NCBI GenBank assembly: GCA_964019335.1
Contig: OZ025722.1
Span: forward strand, 248,001-312,000
Source: Diplonema japonicum
Taxonomy: Eukaryota > Protista > Euglenozoa: Diplonemea
Reading direction: 5' to 3'
DNA: 64,000 bases
Of the stretch, positions 1 to 11,600 are shown in pieces. Both the position numbers and the translations under genes were made by a program. Positions within the stretch are counted from its first letter, which is position 1, and every line of letters starts with the position of its first letter. The notes beneath the pieces were generated by a model. That model saw only the letters and a list, made by a program, of their open reading frames with translations, ran no database searches and was not told the DNA's origin.

Positions 1-205
1 CCCACGCAGACTGAGCTGGAGGTATTGAAAGAAAAAAAAAAAAAATATTTAGATTGATGGGACATTGCCAACATCAGCGCCTGTTGGGAGCCCTAGTGCG
101 ATAATCTGGCACCAGCTTAAGGCGAGGGAGTCGAGGGGTTTCGGTGGGCAGCCTGCTTTCGGTTATGCTAGCAAGCTTCGGGAACAGGTGCAAAGATCTG
201 GTTGA
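1..205 (+). CDS. 3' end of an upstream gene, partial (exons <1-21 and 53-205); product unknown
   Basis: Frame PTQTELE|IDGTLPTSAPVGSPSAIIWHQLKARESRGFGGQPAFGYASKLREQVQRSG* is open if 22-52 (GT..AG) is removed. TGA at 203-205 is followed by an A-run, as at other gene ends. Confidence 0.6.
22..52 (+). other. Short A-rich GT-AG intron (31 nt)
   Basis: GTATTGAAAG(A)nTATTTAG; removal joins two open coding segments. Confidence 0.6.
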
Positions 206-508
206 AAAAAAAAAAAGTTTAAAAATAGTTATTTATTTGTCCGTTGCTTTCCTCTCCTCCAGTAGTATTTCTTTTTTCTTCTTCTTTTTTTTTTTTTTAC
301 CAACATGTTGTTTACCCCCCCCTTATAAAAATAAAGACATATGTCACTGTAAAACTTCCTCAGAAAATTCTTTTTTTTTTTTAAAAAAAAAGCGGACCAA
401 TTCTTACAGTACTTTTGTTATTTAAAAGTTCCCCCTCCCCCCGTGAAGAACGGAAAAAAAACCCCCCCCACCGTTTCTTATTCTATTTTCTTTTCGCGCT
501 ATTCTTTT

Positions 509-546
<38 letters not shown>

Positions 547-576
547 CCCAAAAAAAAAAAAAGAAGAAAAAAAAAA

Positions 577-1841
577 ATGTCAATAGAACTCGGAGGGTGC
601 GTGCTCCTCGAAACGAGCAAAGGGGACATCGTCATCGACCTGTTCACAAAGGACGCACCCAAAGCATGCGAGAACTTCCTGAAACTCTGCAAAATAAAGT
701 ACTACAACAACACAACATTCTACAGAGTGGAGAAGGATTTTATAGCAGAGTGCGGTGACGTGGATAAGGAGGGCGGGAACTCCGTGTGGGGCGTCATAGC
801 GGGCAAGACAAAAACGTTCGAAGACGAAACAAAAATGCAAACGAGAAAAAAAAACAAAACACGCTTCGAGCGAAGAGGGCTCGTCGGCATGGTGAACAAG
901 GGGAAACCAAACACAAACACATCCAGATTCTTTATCCAACTGGGCGATCGCCACATTGACTTCTTAGATGAAAAACACACAATCTTCGGGGAAGTCTCTG
1001 AAGGACAGCACGTCGTGGAAAAGCTTAACGAAACATATGTAGATTCCAATCATGTCCCAGTGAGACGTTTTGCGATACACCACACCCATGTTCTCTGCGA
1101 TCCGTTTGCAGAGCCTCCCGGTCTGGCTTCGTTAATTCCTGAAAGATCTCCGGAGCCAGATTTTGCCGAGCTTGAATCTGATGACGCTGTCTCGTCTGGT
1201 TCTGAAGAAGAGGACATCGATCCTGAAAAATGGAGCGCGCTGATGGAAGCCCGAGAGGCAAAGTCTCGAGAAGTTATGCTTGAGATGGTAGGCGACATTG
1301 CCGACGCCGACACCGTCCCCCCTAAAAACGTTTTGTTCGTGTGCTGTATCAACCCGGTTACGGAGGACGAGGATCTCGAGCTTGCATTCTCCCGATTCGG
1401 GAAAATTACGTCCTGCGAGATTCTCCGTACAAAAGACGGGACCTCCCTCCAGTACTCCTTCATAGAATTCGCTTCTATAAAATCATGCGAACAAGTATGG
1501 GAAAAATTTTAAAAAAAAAAAAAAAAAAAATCCAGGCGTATCTTAAAATGGAAAACGTTCGAATCGACGACCGGCGTATCCACGTTGATTTTTCGCAGTC
1601 TGTGCCGCGTGTCTGGTCGTCTTGGATGAAGGGCGAGGATTCCAAGTCCCTCAAGGGCGGGAAGGGTGGGAAAGGCGGGAAGGGTGGGAAGGGCAGCAAG
1701 GGTTTTAAAGGCGGGAAGTCGGGCGGAGTGAAACGAAGGCGATCGACCTCGGACAGCTCGTCCGAACCCAGGCACAGGCAACGGAGAGACCGACGACGCT
1801 CGTCTTCAGAGGAAGAAAGAAGGTACCGGAGAAGACGCTGA
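577..1841 (+). CDS. PPIL4: Cyclophilin-RRM peptidyl-prolyl isomerase, PPIL4/CYP59 type (exons 577-1494, 1536-1841; ~407 aa)
   Basis: Cyclophilin domain (VLLETSKGDIVIDLF..P.ACENFLKLCKIKYYN; LDEKHTIFGEVSEG). RRM (PPKNVLFVC.INPVTEDEDL..FSRFG; splicing restores CEQ|AYLKMENVRIDDRRIHVDFSQS). GK-rich and RS-rich tail. Confidence 0.93.
1495..1535 (+). other. Poly(A) GT-AG intron (41 nt)
   Basis: GTATGGGAAAAATTTT(A)20TCCAG; removal restores the conserved RRM motif exactly. Confidence 0.93.
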
Positions 1842-1942
1842 TCGAAGAAATTTAAAAAAAAAAAAAAAGAAAGTGTTTCGACAGTGTCGGGAAAAAAGTT
1901 TTTGAAACTTTTTTTTGTTTCTTCTTTTTTTTTTCCCCCCAT

Positions 1943-1983
<41 letters not shown>

Positions 1984-2070
1984 CTCCAAAAAAAAAAAAA
2001 AATTACACTTTTTTTTTTTTGGAAGGGGAGAGGCCTTTCTTTCTATTTACACAACATTAAAAAAAAAGAA

Positions 2071-2313
2071 ATGCCGTCTGCAGCAGTCAACCTTCAAAAC
2101 GGGGCGTTAAAAATGACCGTTGGTCCCTTCGGCAGTCTCCCTGTCCAGACCACACATTCGCACCCAGACCACGTCTTCTACCACTCTGCAGACAAAGACG
2201 GCTGCGCTCAGTACGACGCGACCTTCATGGGGGAGAAGCCGAAAGGCAACTGGGCCGCAGGCCGCTGCCCTGACAGCAGCGTCGTGGTGCGAAGCTACCC
2301 TCCGAAAATTTGA
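2071..2313 (+). CDS. Small hypothetical protein (80 aa)
   Basis: ATG follows an A-run; GC-richer, coding-like composition between homopolymer spacers (MPSAAVNLQNG...RSYPPKI*). Confidence 0.65.
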   Translation: MPSAAVNLQNGALKMTVGPFGSLPVQTTHSHPDHVFYHSADKDGCAQYDATFMGEKPKGNWAAGRCPDSSVVVRSYPPKI

Positions 2314-2390
2314 CAAAAAAAAAATTTTTTCCCCCCCCACCCAACCCACCCTCCACTTGTTTCCCCCATCATTCCCACAGGGAAAGAAAA

Positions 2391-3833
2391 ATGTTCAACC
2401 AGTTACTAGTATTCGCATCCATCGCAGCCACATCGCCTTCCAACCCAACTTCGCAAACACCTGATCTTTTCGATGTGAGCAACATCAACGGGAGATTCCA
2501 ACCACACGTGGACCCGGGGTACTCGAACACGACAGGAGGCGTTGTTTCATACAAAACACAACCATCATACACAGCCTGCAGGACCGCAGCCACAAAGGGC
2601 GGATGCTACAGCTACACATGGTTCGGTCAAGACGCTGTAAACAGCAGTTACGCAGGGCTCTGCTGGGGCGTTAATTCAAGATTCTACGACTGGTTCCCGT
2701 CGAACTCAAAAGGCGCCGTATCGGGCCGTATATGGTACGGGTGCAGATCGTCCGAAGACTGCGCTCTAAACGGACAATGCGTGTCCGGATCATGCCAGTG
2801 CAACAAAGGCTGGACAGGCGTAGCGTGCACACAACTCAACGAAGGCGTTACAAAGTACAACTCGGGCTACCAACATAAGACAAACAACCTCAACTCGTCG
2901 TCATGGGGCGGGCCGTTCCTCTATGACTCCAAAAAAGGAATCTATCACATGTGGGTATCTGAGATGCTAAACAATTGCGGGCTCGACACATGGGCTCAGA
3001 ACTCCAGGGTGATCCACTCTACCTCGTCCGACCCGCTCGGCCCGTACGAACCACAAGATGTTATATTCACAGACTTTTCTCACGAACCCGATGTGAAACA
3101 ACTACCAAACGGAAGCTTGGTGATGTATCTAACGCAACGTGTTCCCAACAAATGGCCTGTATGCGAATGTTCAAACGGTTCAACACCGAAGGACGGGTCG
3201 TGTGATCTGTACCCAGCGCACCCCGACAACGATCCAACAGTTATGTCCATCTCGCAGGGTTTCAACGGGCCGTGGTCACCACCTGTTGTTGTGATGAGTA
3301 ACACCGATTCAGACACGAATCTTACCCCGTGGTTTGGAGAGGACGGGCTTAGCATGGTAGGGTTGTGGCGAACTTTTTTCCACCCCAACGGAACACGCGG
3401 GTATTCAAGAATACATTGGGTCACCGCCACCGACTACCGCAAACCTGAATCGTACAAATATGACACTTATCTATGGGACGATCTCTTTGGATTGGGTGGC
3501 CCTACCGAGGATCCGTTTCTGTACAAAGATGTGGAAGGGAATTTTCATGCGATTTTTCATAACATGTATGGTTGCTACCCGTGTGGAGGGCATGCGTTTT
3601 CGCCGGATAATGGGGTGACGTGGGTCTATACCGGTGGGGATGCTTACTCTGACACGCTGCACTTCGAGGCTCCCCAGGGGAATGGTGACCCTGTTGCGGA
3701 CCGCATCGCGCGGAGGGAGCGTCCTCACCTTGTCTTCGACAATGAGAGGAATCCTATGTACTTGAGCACAGGGGTTGTTCCGGGGTGGAACCATGACTAT
3801 TCATTTACATCGGTCGTCCCTATCATGGCGTGA
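2391..3833 (+). CDS. Secreted protein with EGF-like module and five-bladed beta-propeller glycoside hydrolase-like domain (GH43-like); ~480 aa
   Basis: Signal peptide MFNQLLVFASIAA. EGF module CRSSEDCALNGQCVSGSCQCNKGWTGVAC. Propeller motifs SSWGG, YHMWVSEM..CGL..W..NS, S.P.GPY, HEP, EDPFLY, ERPHL. Confidence 0.75.
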   Translation: MFNQLLVFASIAATSPSNPTSQTPDLFDVSNINGRFQPHVDPGYSNTTGGVVSYKTQPSYTACRTAATKGGCYSYTWFGQDAVNSSYAGLCWGVNSRFYDWFPSNSKGAVSGRIWYGCRSSEDCALNGQCVSGSCQCNKGWTGVACTQLNEGVTKYNSGYQHKTNNLNSSSWGGPFLYDSKKGIYHMWVSEMLNNCGLDTWAQNSRVIHSTSSDPLGPYEPQDVIFTDFSHEPDVKQLPNGSLVMYLTQRVPNKWPVCECSNGSTPKDGSCDLYPAHPDNDPTVMSISQGFNGPWSPPVVVMSNTDSDTNLTPWFGEDGLSMVGLWRTFFHPNGTRGYSRIHWVTATDYRKPESYKYDTYLWDDLFGLGGPTEDPFLYKDVEGNFHAIFHNMYGCYPCGGHAFSPDNGVTWVYTGGDAYSDTLHFEAPQGNGDPVADRIARRERPHLVFDNERNPMYLSTGVVPGWNHDYSFTSVVPIMA

Positions 3834-3958
3834 ACAGAAAAAAGAAGGAAAAAAAAAAAAAAAGCTCTCCTGAGATACGAAAATTCACGAGGGAAAAAAA
3901 AAAAAAAAAAGGAAAAAAAAAAAGTGTCCATAAAAAAAAAAAAAAAAAACGTTTCTCT

Positions 3959-3995
<37 letters not shown>

Positions 3996-4145
3996 ATGCA
4001 GGTTGCGTTGACGGCCTATAACCGATATACGTCCATGACATTAAAAAAAAAAAACTCTTCTCTTTTTTTTTATTTTTTTTTTGTTTCGCACTAAATTTAC
4101 CCCCCCCCCCCCCAGGAAAGTACCCCCTCACCTCCAAAAAAGAAA

Positions 4146-5782
4146 ATGCAACACTGTGCCCTGGGGATCCCAGAAGGCATCAGCCCCATATGGCTGGAAG
4201 GCGTTGTCACAAGCGAGTACGAAAGAGACACCCTCCCGCTCCTGTTTTCTTCCGACGAAGTGTACAATGAGTACTATGATGCTTTGTGCACAAGACACGA
4301 GGGGTTCCGGGTGCAGCTGGAGTCGATAAAGGTCCGGAACAAGAAGGCAAGGGAAATGAGAAGCGGGGGATACTGGCAAGAGTGCTTGGTAGACCTCAGC
4401 CAGTGCCTGCACCTCCGCAGGTGCGTTTTTGACGATTTGGACTATCAGTACGAAGCTGCCGTACGGCACTATGTGCTTACAGTCTTGAACTTTGCCTCAT
4501 TCTTCTTAAAGGAAGCCAAGACCATCTCACGCGCCGGAGCTAGAGACCAGGTTCTGGCAAAATCCTTTCAACTTTTCAAGCAAGCGGAAGAGGCAATCGC
4601 TCAGATCCACAATCCGCAGTCGCGCGCGTTTTTCAAGGCAATTGCCGCTTCCAACATGGCGAACTATTTTTTTCGTCGAAGAAAGTTCAAAGCGGGGTCG
4701 CAGCAGGCCGCACAGGCCCTGCGATGCTGGGGCAAAGCCAAGATCCCCTTCGGTTCGTCCTTCTTCATAACCCGCGACGCGGTGGCGTTGTGCTTTCGCG
4801 AGCAATACGAAGAGGCGGCACGGGCACTGCTTGCTGCGAAGAAATCTGAAGAAGGCAGCCAGTTCGCTTCTACATCTGCTTCTGATGCAGATTTCGACTC
4901 AGCTCCTGTGCGGTTCAACATCCAGTTGCTGTCCAACCCCATGCCAATCACAGATGCGATTTATATTGTCTGTTGCGAAAAAAAAAAGAAAAAATAAATA
5001 AATAAATAAATAAAAATAAAGGTTCTTCACCACAACCTCTGTGTCGTGATGCTCGCGCTGCGTCGGCACAAGGAGGCTTCCAACTGGTGCCGGCTCGCGA
5101 TGGAGGTTGCGAACAGCAATTCGCAGCATCTCATCCCCACCCACCCCTGGGTGCGGGCCATCAAGGACTGCCAGGCGTACTGTGGGAAAATGGTCGAGAC
5201 ACAGCATTTCCACAAGTTCAAAATGAAGCCCAGCGACAACCGTTTACCGGAGTTCCAGCAAATGCAGGTTTGAAAAAAAAAAAAAAAAAAAAAAGAAAAG
5301 AAAAAAAAAATCCGAAGAAAATCATAACGGAGACACGGACGATGCCCGTCTTCCACTCGCTTCTTCAGATGCACCGAAAGCAGATCAAAGAGGAAAAGGA
5401 AAACAAGCGGAAAAAAGAGGCCGAACAGCAGGCTTACGAAAAGGAGCTGACAGAACGTAAGAAGCAGAGCCAAAAGCTGAAGGGCACCACGGTGTATCAG
5501 AGTAAAGAGAATGCCCGGCCAGCCACCACAGGACAAGTCAGAAGACGGCAGCCGCTCGGATCGCTCAGACTGTACCTTAAGGAGGCCTCTTACAAGCAGT
5601 TTGTGAGTGAATACATGGAAACAAAGCGAGCAGAGCAGCTTGCCTCAGGAAAGCTGTTGGCACTCAAGGCCCCGCACCCACCCGACAACCTCAGTGACAG
5701 TGGTGAGGGGTGCGCACCACGGCCAGCAACGACGGATTTACCACCCGTACCATCGCCGATGAGCAGCTCGGATAGTGTTTAA
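4146..5782 (+). CDS. Hypothetical helical-repeat (TPR-like) protein with coiled-coil C-terminus (exons 4146-4967, 5022-5267, 5318-5782; ~510 aa)
   Basis: Three ORF fragments join in frame through two GT-AG A-rich introns. TPR-like segments: AIAASNMANYFFRRRKFKAG and VLHHNLCVVMLALRRHKEA. Confidence 0.7.
4968..5021 (+). other. A-rich GT-AG intron (54 nt)
   Basis: GTCTGTTGCG(A)n..(TAAA)n..TAAAG. It contains in-frame stops, and removal gives IYI|VLHHNL. Confidence 0.75.
5268..5317 (+). other. Poly(A) GT-AG intron (50 nt)
   Basis: CAG|GTTTG(A)n...TCCGAAG|AAAATC joins QQMQ|KIITETRT in frame. The exact acceptor is slightly uncertain. Confidence 0.75.
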
Positions 5783-5945
5783 GAACCTTAAATCTTTTTT
5801 TCCAAAAAGGTAAACAATTTCTTTTTTTTTTTTTTTTTTCTTATTTGTAGATGTAAGTTTTTCTTATTTTTATATAAATCTTTTTTGTTATCCCCCCCTT
5901 ATTTTCTTTTTGCAAAACGCGCAAAGGGAAAGAAAAAAAAAAAAG

Positions 5946-7772
5946 ATGATGGACGCACCCCCCGACGACATCGATTGGGACAAAAACCGGGAACAAGCGA
6001 AGCTAACCGTCCACGATGAGCTATCTGACCCCGTCGGCTTCGTAGGGAGGCTGGAGTACGAATTGTATTTGGATGGGTTCCTCCATGGTGGCCTAGGGGT
6101 GCATGAAAGGTCGAGAGAGGAGTACCTCAAGGAGAGGCTGCCATCGCAAGTGTTTGATAAATCAGGGAATCCCGTAGAATGGACGAGGCATAGTGAGAAG
6201 GTTGCCACGGCACTCCACACGAACAAACTGAAACCTTGGGCGCCTAGAGAACTGAAACGGCTACCCGTACTGCACGCCAACAGAAAACTCTCCATCATCC
6301 CGAAAACAGCTACAATGCGACGCAACAGTGTTCCACACCCCGCACCCTCCGCCCCTGTACACACAGAATCGTCCAACCCAACTCTCTACGATTCCGGGTG
6401 TCGATACATTTCGGAGTTGATCCAAAGCGACCCTGGAAAGAAGAAAGTCCTCGAAGCGTTGAAGCCCCCGGAAGATCTGACAAGCTCTTTGGAAATGTTG
6501 GAAAGTTTGTTCGGAGTGAAACCGAAGACCGGAACACAACCAAAGAACATTACCAAACGTGCGCATCACTACAACCAGCAACATCACCGAAAACGATTCT
6601 CAGTTGAAACCGTGCTGATCTGTGTGGCTGGTGCCGTGTCTGCAAGCACTGTCAGTAACGACGCAGACGATGTGTCGCTAGGTGGGGTGGCCGTGCAGCC
6701 TTCAGCAACCACTGGAGGGTCGCAAAGTTCTCGTTCTGTTTCTTCTGAAACGTCTGTTGCTGTCCGGAAGATGCCTTTATCTGCGGCTTTGGACAATCCG
6801 CTCGTCAATCTCATTCTCTCGGACACTTCTTGTTTAGATGTTTCAGAACACTTAATGATGGAGCTCCTGCAGGGGTTTTTGAGCGTTTCCTCGCCTGGGT
6901 ACATGAACACAATGCGTCTTGATGACCCGGACTCAGTCATCCTCCAGCACTTCTCTCCCAACGGTCCATCCGTACCATTTCTCGAACTGAAGTCGTGTCT
7001 GCGAAGAGCCGCGCTGAGCCGAGCCGACGCGTACCACAGAAAACTTGTCGAAGGAAATCTGAAACGGGCTGTCAGCCAACGGAGCGACTCGATAACATTT
7101 CTCGCGTTGGTACAATGTCTGCTCCCTGCGAGGCATCTAGGCAGGGTTGTGAAGAGAGTGACGTTTCGACTGGAAAAATCAGTGAAGGAAGGTGCTCTGA
7201 AGGGCAAGGACGACAGAGAGTGTCGTCTTGCCGAAGCGGACGCTCTGGAAGTGGCCGCAATTTTCAACCAGACCGCGGTGTCGGGATATTTAACTAAAGA
7301 TGCTTTTCTCACGCTGGTCCACCCGGCCTCCATGACAAGTGACGAGGTCAGCGCGGTTTTTGAAGAGCACTCAACAAATGGTGTCATGGTATTGGAGCAG
7401 TTTTGCGACATTTTGAAAACATCGTACCCTCCCTTCGGCAGCGACAAGAACGAGCTTTATAAAACACCTAAAAACCAAGGTGTGCACGAGAAGGTCGGGA
7501 CCCTCAAAAAGCAGTTGCAGCGTACCAAGGTGCATTTTGTGGCTCCTCTCGTTTCGACGAAGAACCACCACACACGACAGTCGCGCAGGATGGGTAAGCT
7601 CACGGAACTCTCGGGCTGCGCGAAGCGGGTGAAGAAACTAACCGGTCCCACCACGAACACCTCTGCAACCCCCATGGGACTCAACCCTTTCCGCTCAGTC
7701 AGAGAAGCCATGAAACAATCCTCAGAGGAACCAGCTGACCCTGTATTCATGGGTGGCGTCGAGTACGAATGA
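5946..7772 (+). CDS. Hypothetical protein (~608 aa) with degenerate EF-hand-like pair near the C-terminus
   Basis: Long ORF whose ATG follows an A-run. Segments EVAAIFNQTAVSGYLTKDAFL and EVSAVFEEHSTNGVMVLEQFCDIL resemble EF-hands. Confidence 0.7.
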   Translation: MMDAPPDDIDWDKNREQAKLTVHDELSDPVGFVGRLEYELYLDGFLHGGLGVHERSREEYLKERLPSQVFDKSGNPVEWTRHSEKVATALHTNKLKPWAPRELKRLPVLHANRKLSIIPKTATMRRNSVPHPAPSAPVHTESSNPTLYDSGCRYISELIQSDPGKKKVLEALKPPEDLTSSLEMLESLFGVKPKTGTQPKNITKRAHHYNQQHHRKRFSVETVLICVAGAVSASTVSNDADDVSLGGVAVQPSATTGGSQSSRSVSSETSVAVRKMPLSAALDNPLVNLILSDTSCLDVSEHLMMELLQGFLSVSSPGYMNTMRLDDPDSVILQHFSPNGPSVPFLELKSCLRRAALSRADAYHRKLVEGNLKRAVSQRSDSITFLALVQCLLPARHLGRVVKRVTFRLEKSVKEGALKGKDDRECRLAEADALEVAAIFNQTAVSGYLTKDAFLTLVHPASMTSDEVSAVFEEHSTNGVMVLEQFCDILKTSYPPFGSDKNELYKTPKNQGVHEKVGTLKKQLQRTKVHFVAPLVSTKNHHTRQSRRMGKLTELSGCAKRVKKLTGPTTNTSATPMGLNPFRSVREAMKQSSEEPADPVFMGGVEYE

Positions 7773-7909
7773 GAAAAACCCTGTTTCCACAGCATAGTTA
7801 ATCTGTACCATGTTTTTTTTTTTCTTCTTTTTTTTTTCTTTTCTTCTTCTTTCGTAGAATTCTTACACTTTTTTAAACCGGAAGGAGGGGCAGGAAGAAA
7901 GGGAAGAAA

Positions 7910-8510
7910 ATGTCATTCCGGCACAGCAACAAGCTTGTCCAGACCTTCAAAGAGGCGATCAAGGCAGAAGAAGCGGTGAAGAGGGTTTCGCGGGCCACGG
8001 TAACAGGGCGCAGCGAAGGATGCAGCGTCAAGTACACTGGTCTCGGGAGGGTAGAGAACATTGTCATCGAGGAGTCACAGAGATTTAACAAACATGGTGC
8101 GATGGACTACACCGAGATGGCTAAGGCGGTGAAGGAAGCGGTGTTGGATGGGCAAATGAAGATTGTGTCAGTGAAGCAGGCAGAGTGGCAAGGCGTCAAT
8201 CCAAGAATTTTAACAAAACGTATGCATATAACATAAAAGGGGGTAAATCAAAACAATTTATAAAGACGCCGAAAGCCCTGACTATCTACACCCCCTCCCC
8301 CACCATGGCCCCGCCCACTCCGCGTCTCAAGCTGCCCTCCTCGACTTCCCCTTCGCCCTTTCAGGTGCCGAGGTCACCCTCTCGTCTTCAATTGAGGAGG
8401 CTCTTGAAAATCGTGAGGCCGTTCGTATGTCTGTCGCGAACACTTTTTGGAGCGTGGGGCGGGCGGTGGACAAGCAGGTCGATCGACTTGCGGCAAAGAT
8501 TCCCGAATAA
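7910..8510 (+). CDS. YbaB/EbfC-like (nucleoid-associated family) protein with C-terminal extension (exons 7910-8219, 8266-8510; ~184 aa)
   Basis: Pattern helix-ATVTGRSEG-SVKYTGLGRVENIVIE-DYTEMAKAVKEAVLDG..K matches the YbaB alpha-beta3-alpha layout. Splicing 8220-8265 opens an 81-codon second exon ending KIPE* before an A-run. Confidence 0.6.
8220..8265 (+). other. A-rich GT-AG intron (46 nt)
   Basis: GTATGCATATAACATAAAAGGGGGTAAATCAAAACAATTTATAAAG; the low-GC segment sits between coding-like sequences. Confidence 0.75.
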
Positions 8511-8699
8511 AGAAAAAAAAAGACCGGAGCCCTTTTTTTTGGAAAGGGCTAAACAGTGTGTTGTTTTGTTTTATTCTTCCTTGGGTGCAGAGCTTGTCCC
8601 AACATCGTTAGTATAACACCAACAGGTTAAGCACACAGAAGAGGCCTTCAAACAACCTCTCTACATTGAAAAGAAAACAAGAAACCCCCCGTAAAAGCA

Positions 8700-11600
8700 A
8701 TGGTCAGAAGCCGCATGCCGCTTCTGTTATGGAGCGCGTCACTGCTTGTGGTGCTCGCGGGGGCGCAGGACACGGCACCGTCTACGACAACGACCTCTGA
8801 GCCGCTGACGGTGTTCTCTCTGGCGTCGTCTCTGTCGGAGACGGTGGACGCCTTCAGGGGGACGGTGGCGGACGCGCTGGTGGACCGGGCGGACGCCCTG
8901 ATCGACGCGCTCGGGGTGAAGAGCGCTGTGGAGGCGATGGTGGAGAGCACGGATCGACTGAACGACCTGAAGGACCAGACGGTGGAGGCCCTGGACAACA
9001 TGATGGACTTCCTGGAAGGGGACGAGGTGGACACCTACACGGACGAGCTGACGAACCTCGCGACGAACCTGAAGCCCTACATCCGAACCTTCTCTGGACA
9101 GTGCAACTCGTCGGTGGCCTCGGCAAGCAGGAAGGCCCTGCTCCTGGAGGCGTCGCAGAACCACCTGAAGAGGCGTATCGCGAAGCCGCTGGCGAGGAAC
9201 TGCGACCAGCAGGCCTTCGGGTGCCCGCTCTTCACGGTGACCCTTGGCTTCGACGTCTCTTACACGCGCTTGAAGAAGGGGAACTTCCACTTCACCCCCT
9301 CTGTGGGGCTCGGGGTGAGCGTCGGGGTGGACACGGCCCCTCTGGACAACTGGTACAACCACATCTTTGTCGGGATCGGTCTTGGTTGGGGTGTTGGTTT
9401 CAGCTATGAGTACACGGCTGCTCCTGCTGTTCCTACCCCTGTCCCCACACCTGTTCCTACCCCTGTCCCTACACCGGTTCCTACACCTGTTCCTACACCT
9501 GTCCCTACACCTGTTCCTACACCTGTTCCTACACCGGTTCCTACACCGGTTCCTACACCTGTCCCCACACCTGTTCCGACCCCTGTCCCCACCCCTGTCC
9601 CTACACCTGTTCCGACTCCGGTTCCGACCCCTGTCCCCACCCCTGTCCCCACGCCGGCCCCTACCCCGGAGCCCTCGAGCGCGTGCACGACGGACAACGA
9701 CTGTGGGCTGGACGAGGTCTGCACGATGGGGCTGTGCGTGATGGAGACGACGACGAAAGGGGGGAGGAAGGCGCTGTCCGTGGAGGAGAGGCGGGAGGCG
9801 GAGCTGCTCGCAGCGCCGACGGACAAGAAGGGTTTCTTCGCGAACACGAAGTTCGAGCTGTCTTTGTCGGTGGAGTGGTTCGCGAACGCGGGGGCGTACA
9901 GCGGCTTCGCCTTCACGATCGGGGTGGACATGCCGGAGATCGTGCAGGCGGTGACGGGGATCGAGGGGGCGACGATCGTCTTCACGCACCCGCACTGGAG
10001 GTGCTTCGAGGTGGTGTCGGCGAGCAACTGGTGGGGGAGCGTGCTTTTCGGAGGGTTCGGGCTGACCCTGAAGTCGTGGGAGCTGTTCACGAAGACGAAC
10101 GCGCAGGCGACGGGAGAGATGGACGCGGCGATCGACGGGCTGCAGGAGAAGGTGAAGAAGTCGCTTCCGGAGGTGATCGCGAGTTGGAAGAAGCAGCGGG
10201 CGGAGGCGATCACCGACGCGCTCGGGAACAAGTGGTCCGGGATCGGGTTCAGCCTCGGGATGGCGGCGACCTTGGAGGACACGAACGACAAGACGAGTTT
10301 GGGGTACCGAAAGGAGGAGTGCCCGTTCAACACCCCGGAGCCCCCTGCGGTTCCCGAGGCGAACGACACGGCTTCTATCAACAACAACAACAACAACAAG
10401 AACGGCGGCGGCTCAAGGGAACTCTTGGACTCAGCATCAGACCTCGGAGACTTCGTGGAACTGATAAGACCAGTCCTCAGAGACGGAGAGGTGACGATGC
10501 CCTTCTGCCTCGGAGCCTGCAGCAACCCGACCCCGACCACCTCGATCTCGGGGACCGGACGGATCGGGCAGGCAACGACCTGCGACGGGGTGGAGGCGAG
10601 CGTGTGGTTGGACCAAATAACGATGGCGAACGTGGCCTACCTGGTGACGAGCAACTTCGACAGGGACGTGGCGAACGCCCTGGACACGATCCTGTCGCCC
10701 GTGCTGTCCTTCGGGATCCAGGACACGAAGCTCGCCCTCGCGGCGACGACCTCCGGGGTGAAGCTGTACGCGATCGGGTCGCCGAAGCTTCCGGACGTGC
10801 TGGAGGGGGACTTCTTGGAGGTGATCGCGGACCTCACGTCGAGCTTCCGGGTGTCGGCGAGCGCGGAGCTGACGTTCTCCGGGTCGGCGGTGCTGGAGCT
10901 GCGGGTGGGGACGGACCCGGACAACTCGGAGAGCAACTTCGCCCTCGTGAACACGGCGGGGACCCTCGGGATGAGCATCTACATCCAGTTCGAGCACGTG
11001 TTCGGGGGGACGCCGACGCAGAGCCTCGGGGTGAACATCCCGCTGAAGATCTGCGTGGAGCGGTGCTCTGAGGTCTACGCGAACCGCTACTTCCTGTTCC
11101 TCATCGGGGACCTGTCGCTGGTGGTGAGCCCGACGGCGCAGCTGGTGCGCGGGACCCTCACCATGGACGGGTGGTGGTACCGCGCCTTGGGGCTCCCCTT
11201 CCTCCACATCGGGGACATCGTCCTCGGGGCGGAGTGGGACCTGAAGTCCCCGATCCCGACAGGGTTCGTTATCGGGGGCGCGGTCTGCCTCGGGAAGGAG
11301 GCGAACTGCAAGACGGACACGGCGCCCTTCATCGAGGGCCGCACCTACGTCGGGGTGAGCGCGACCCTCCCGGAGGACAACTTCTTCATCGCGATGGTGT
11401 CGGAGCTCACCATCGGCGGGGTCATCGACCTCGTGTCGGAGTACGTCCCCGCCCTGGACACGGTGTCGATCCCGGGGAAGCTCGGGGAGTCCGGGATCTA
11501 CCCCTACGACAAGGACTACAAGACGAAGTGCGCGGGGCAGCTGGACGGCTACGCGAACGAGACCACGCTGGATTTGGAGTGCTTCGCCTTCTTCTCCTTC

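Noticed and set aside
1495-1535. A-runs as programmed frameshift sites, retro-insertions or sequencing errors
   Set aside because: Each is bounded by GT..AG with a shared 5' consensus, and exact removal restores conserved protein motifs, which fits introns better.
8185-8616. 143-aa ORF overlapping the YbaB-like gene
   Set aside because: Wrong frame; the spliced frame 8266-8510 ends just before the A-run and is more protein-like.
9432-9647. CRISPR-like or telomere-like repeat
   Set aside because: In-frame 12-bp coding minisatellite with no spacers.
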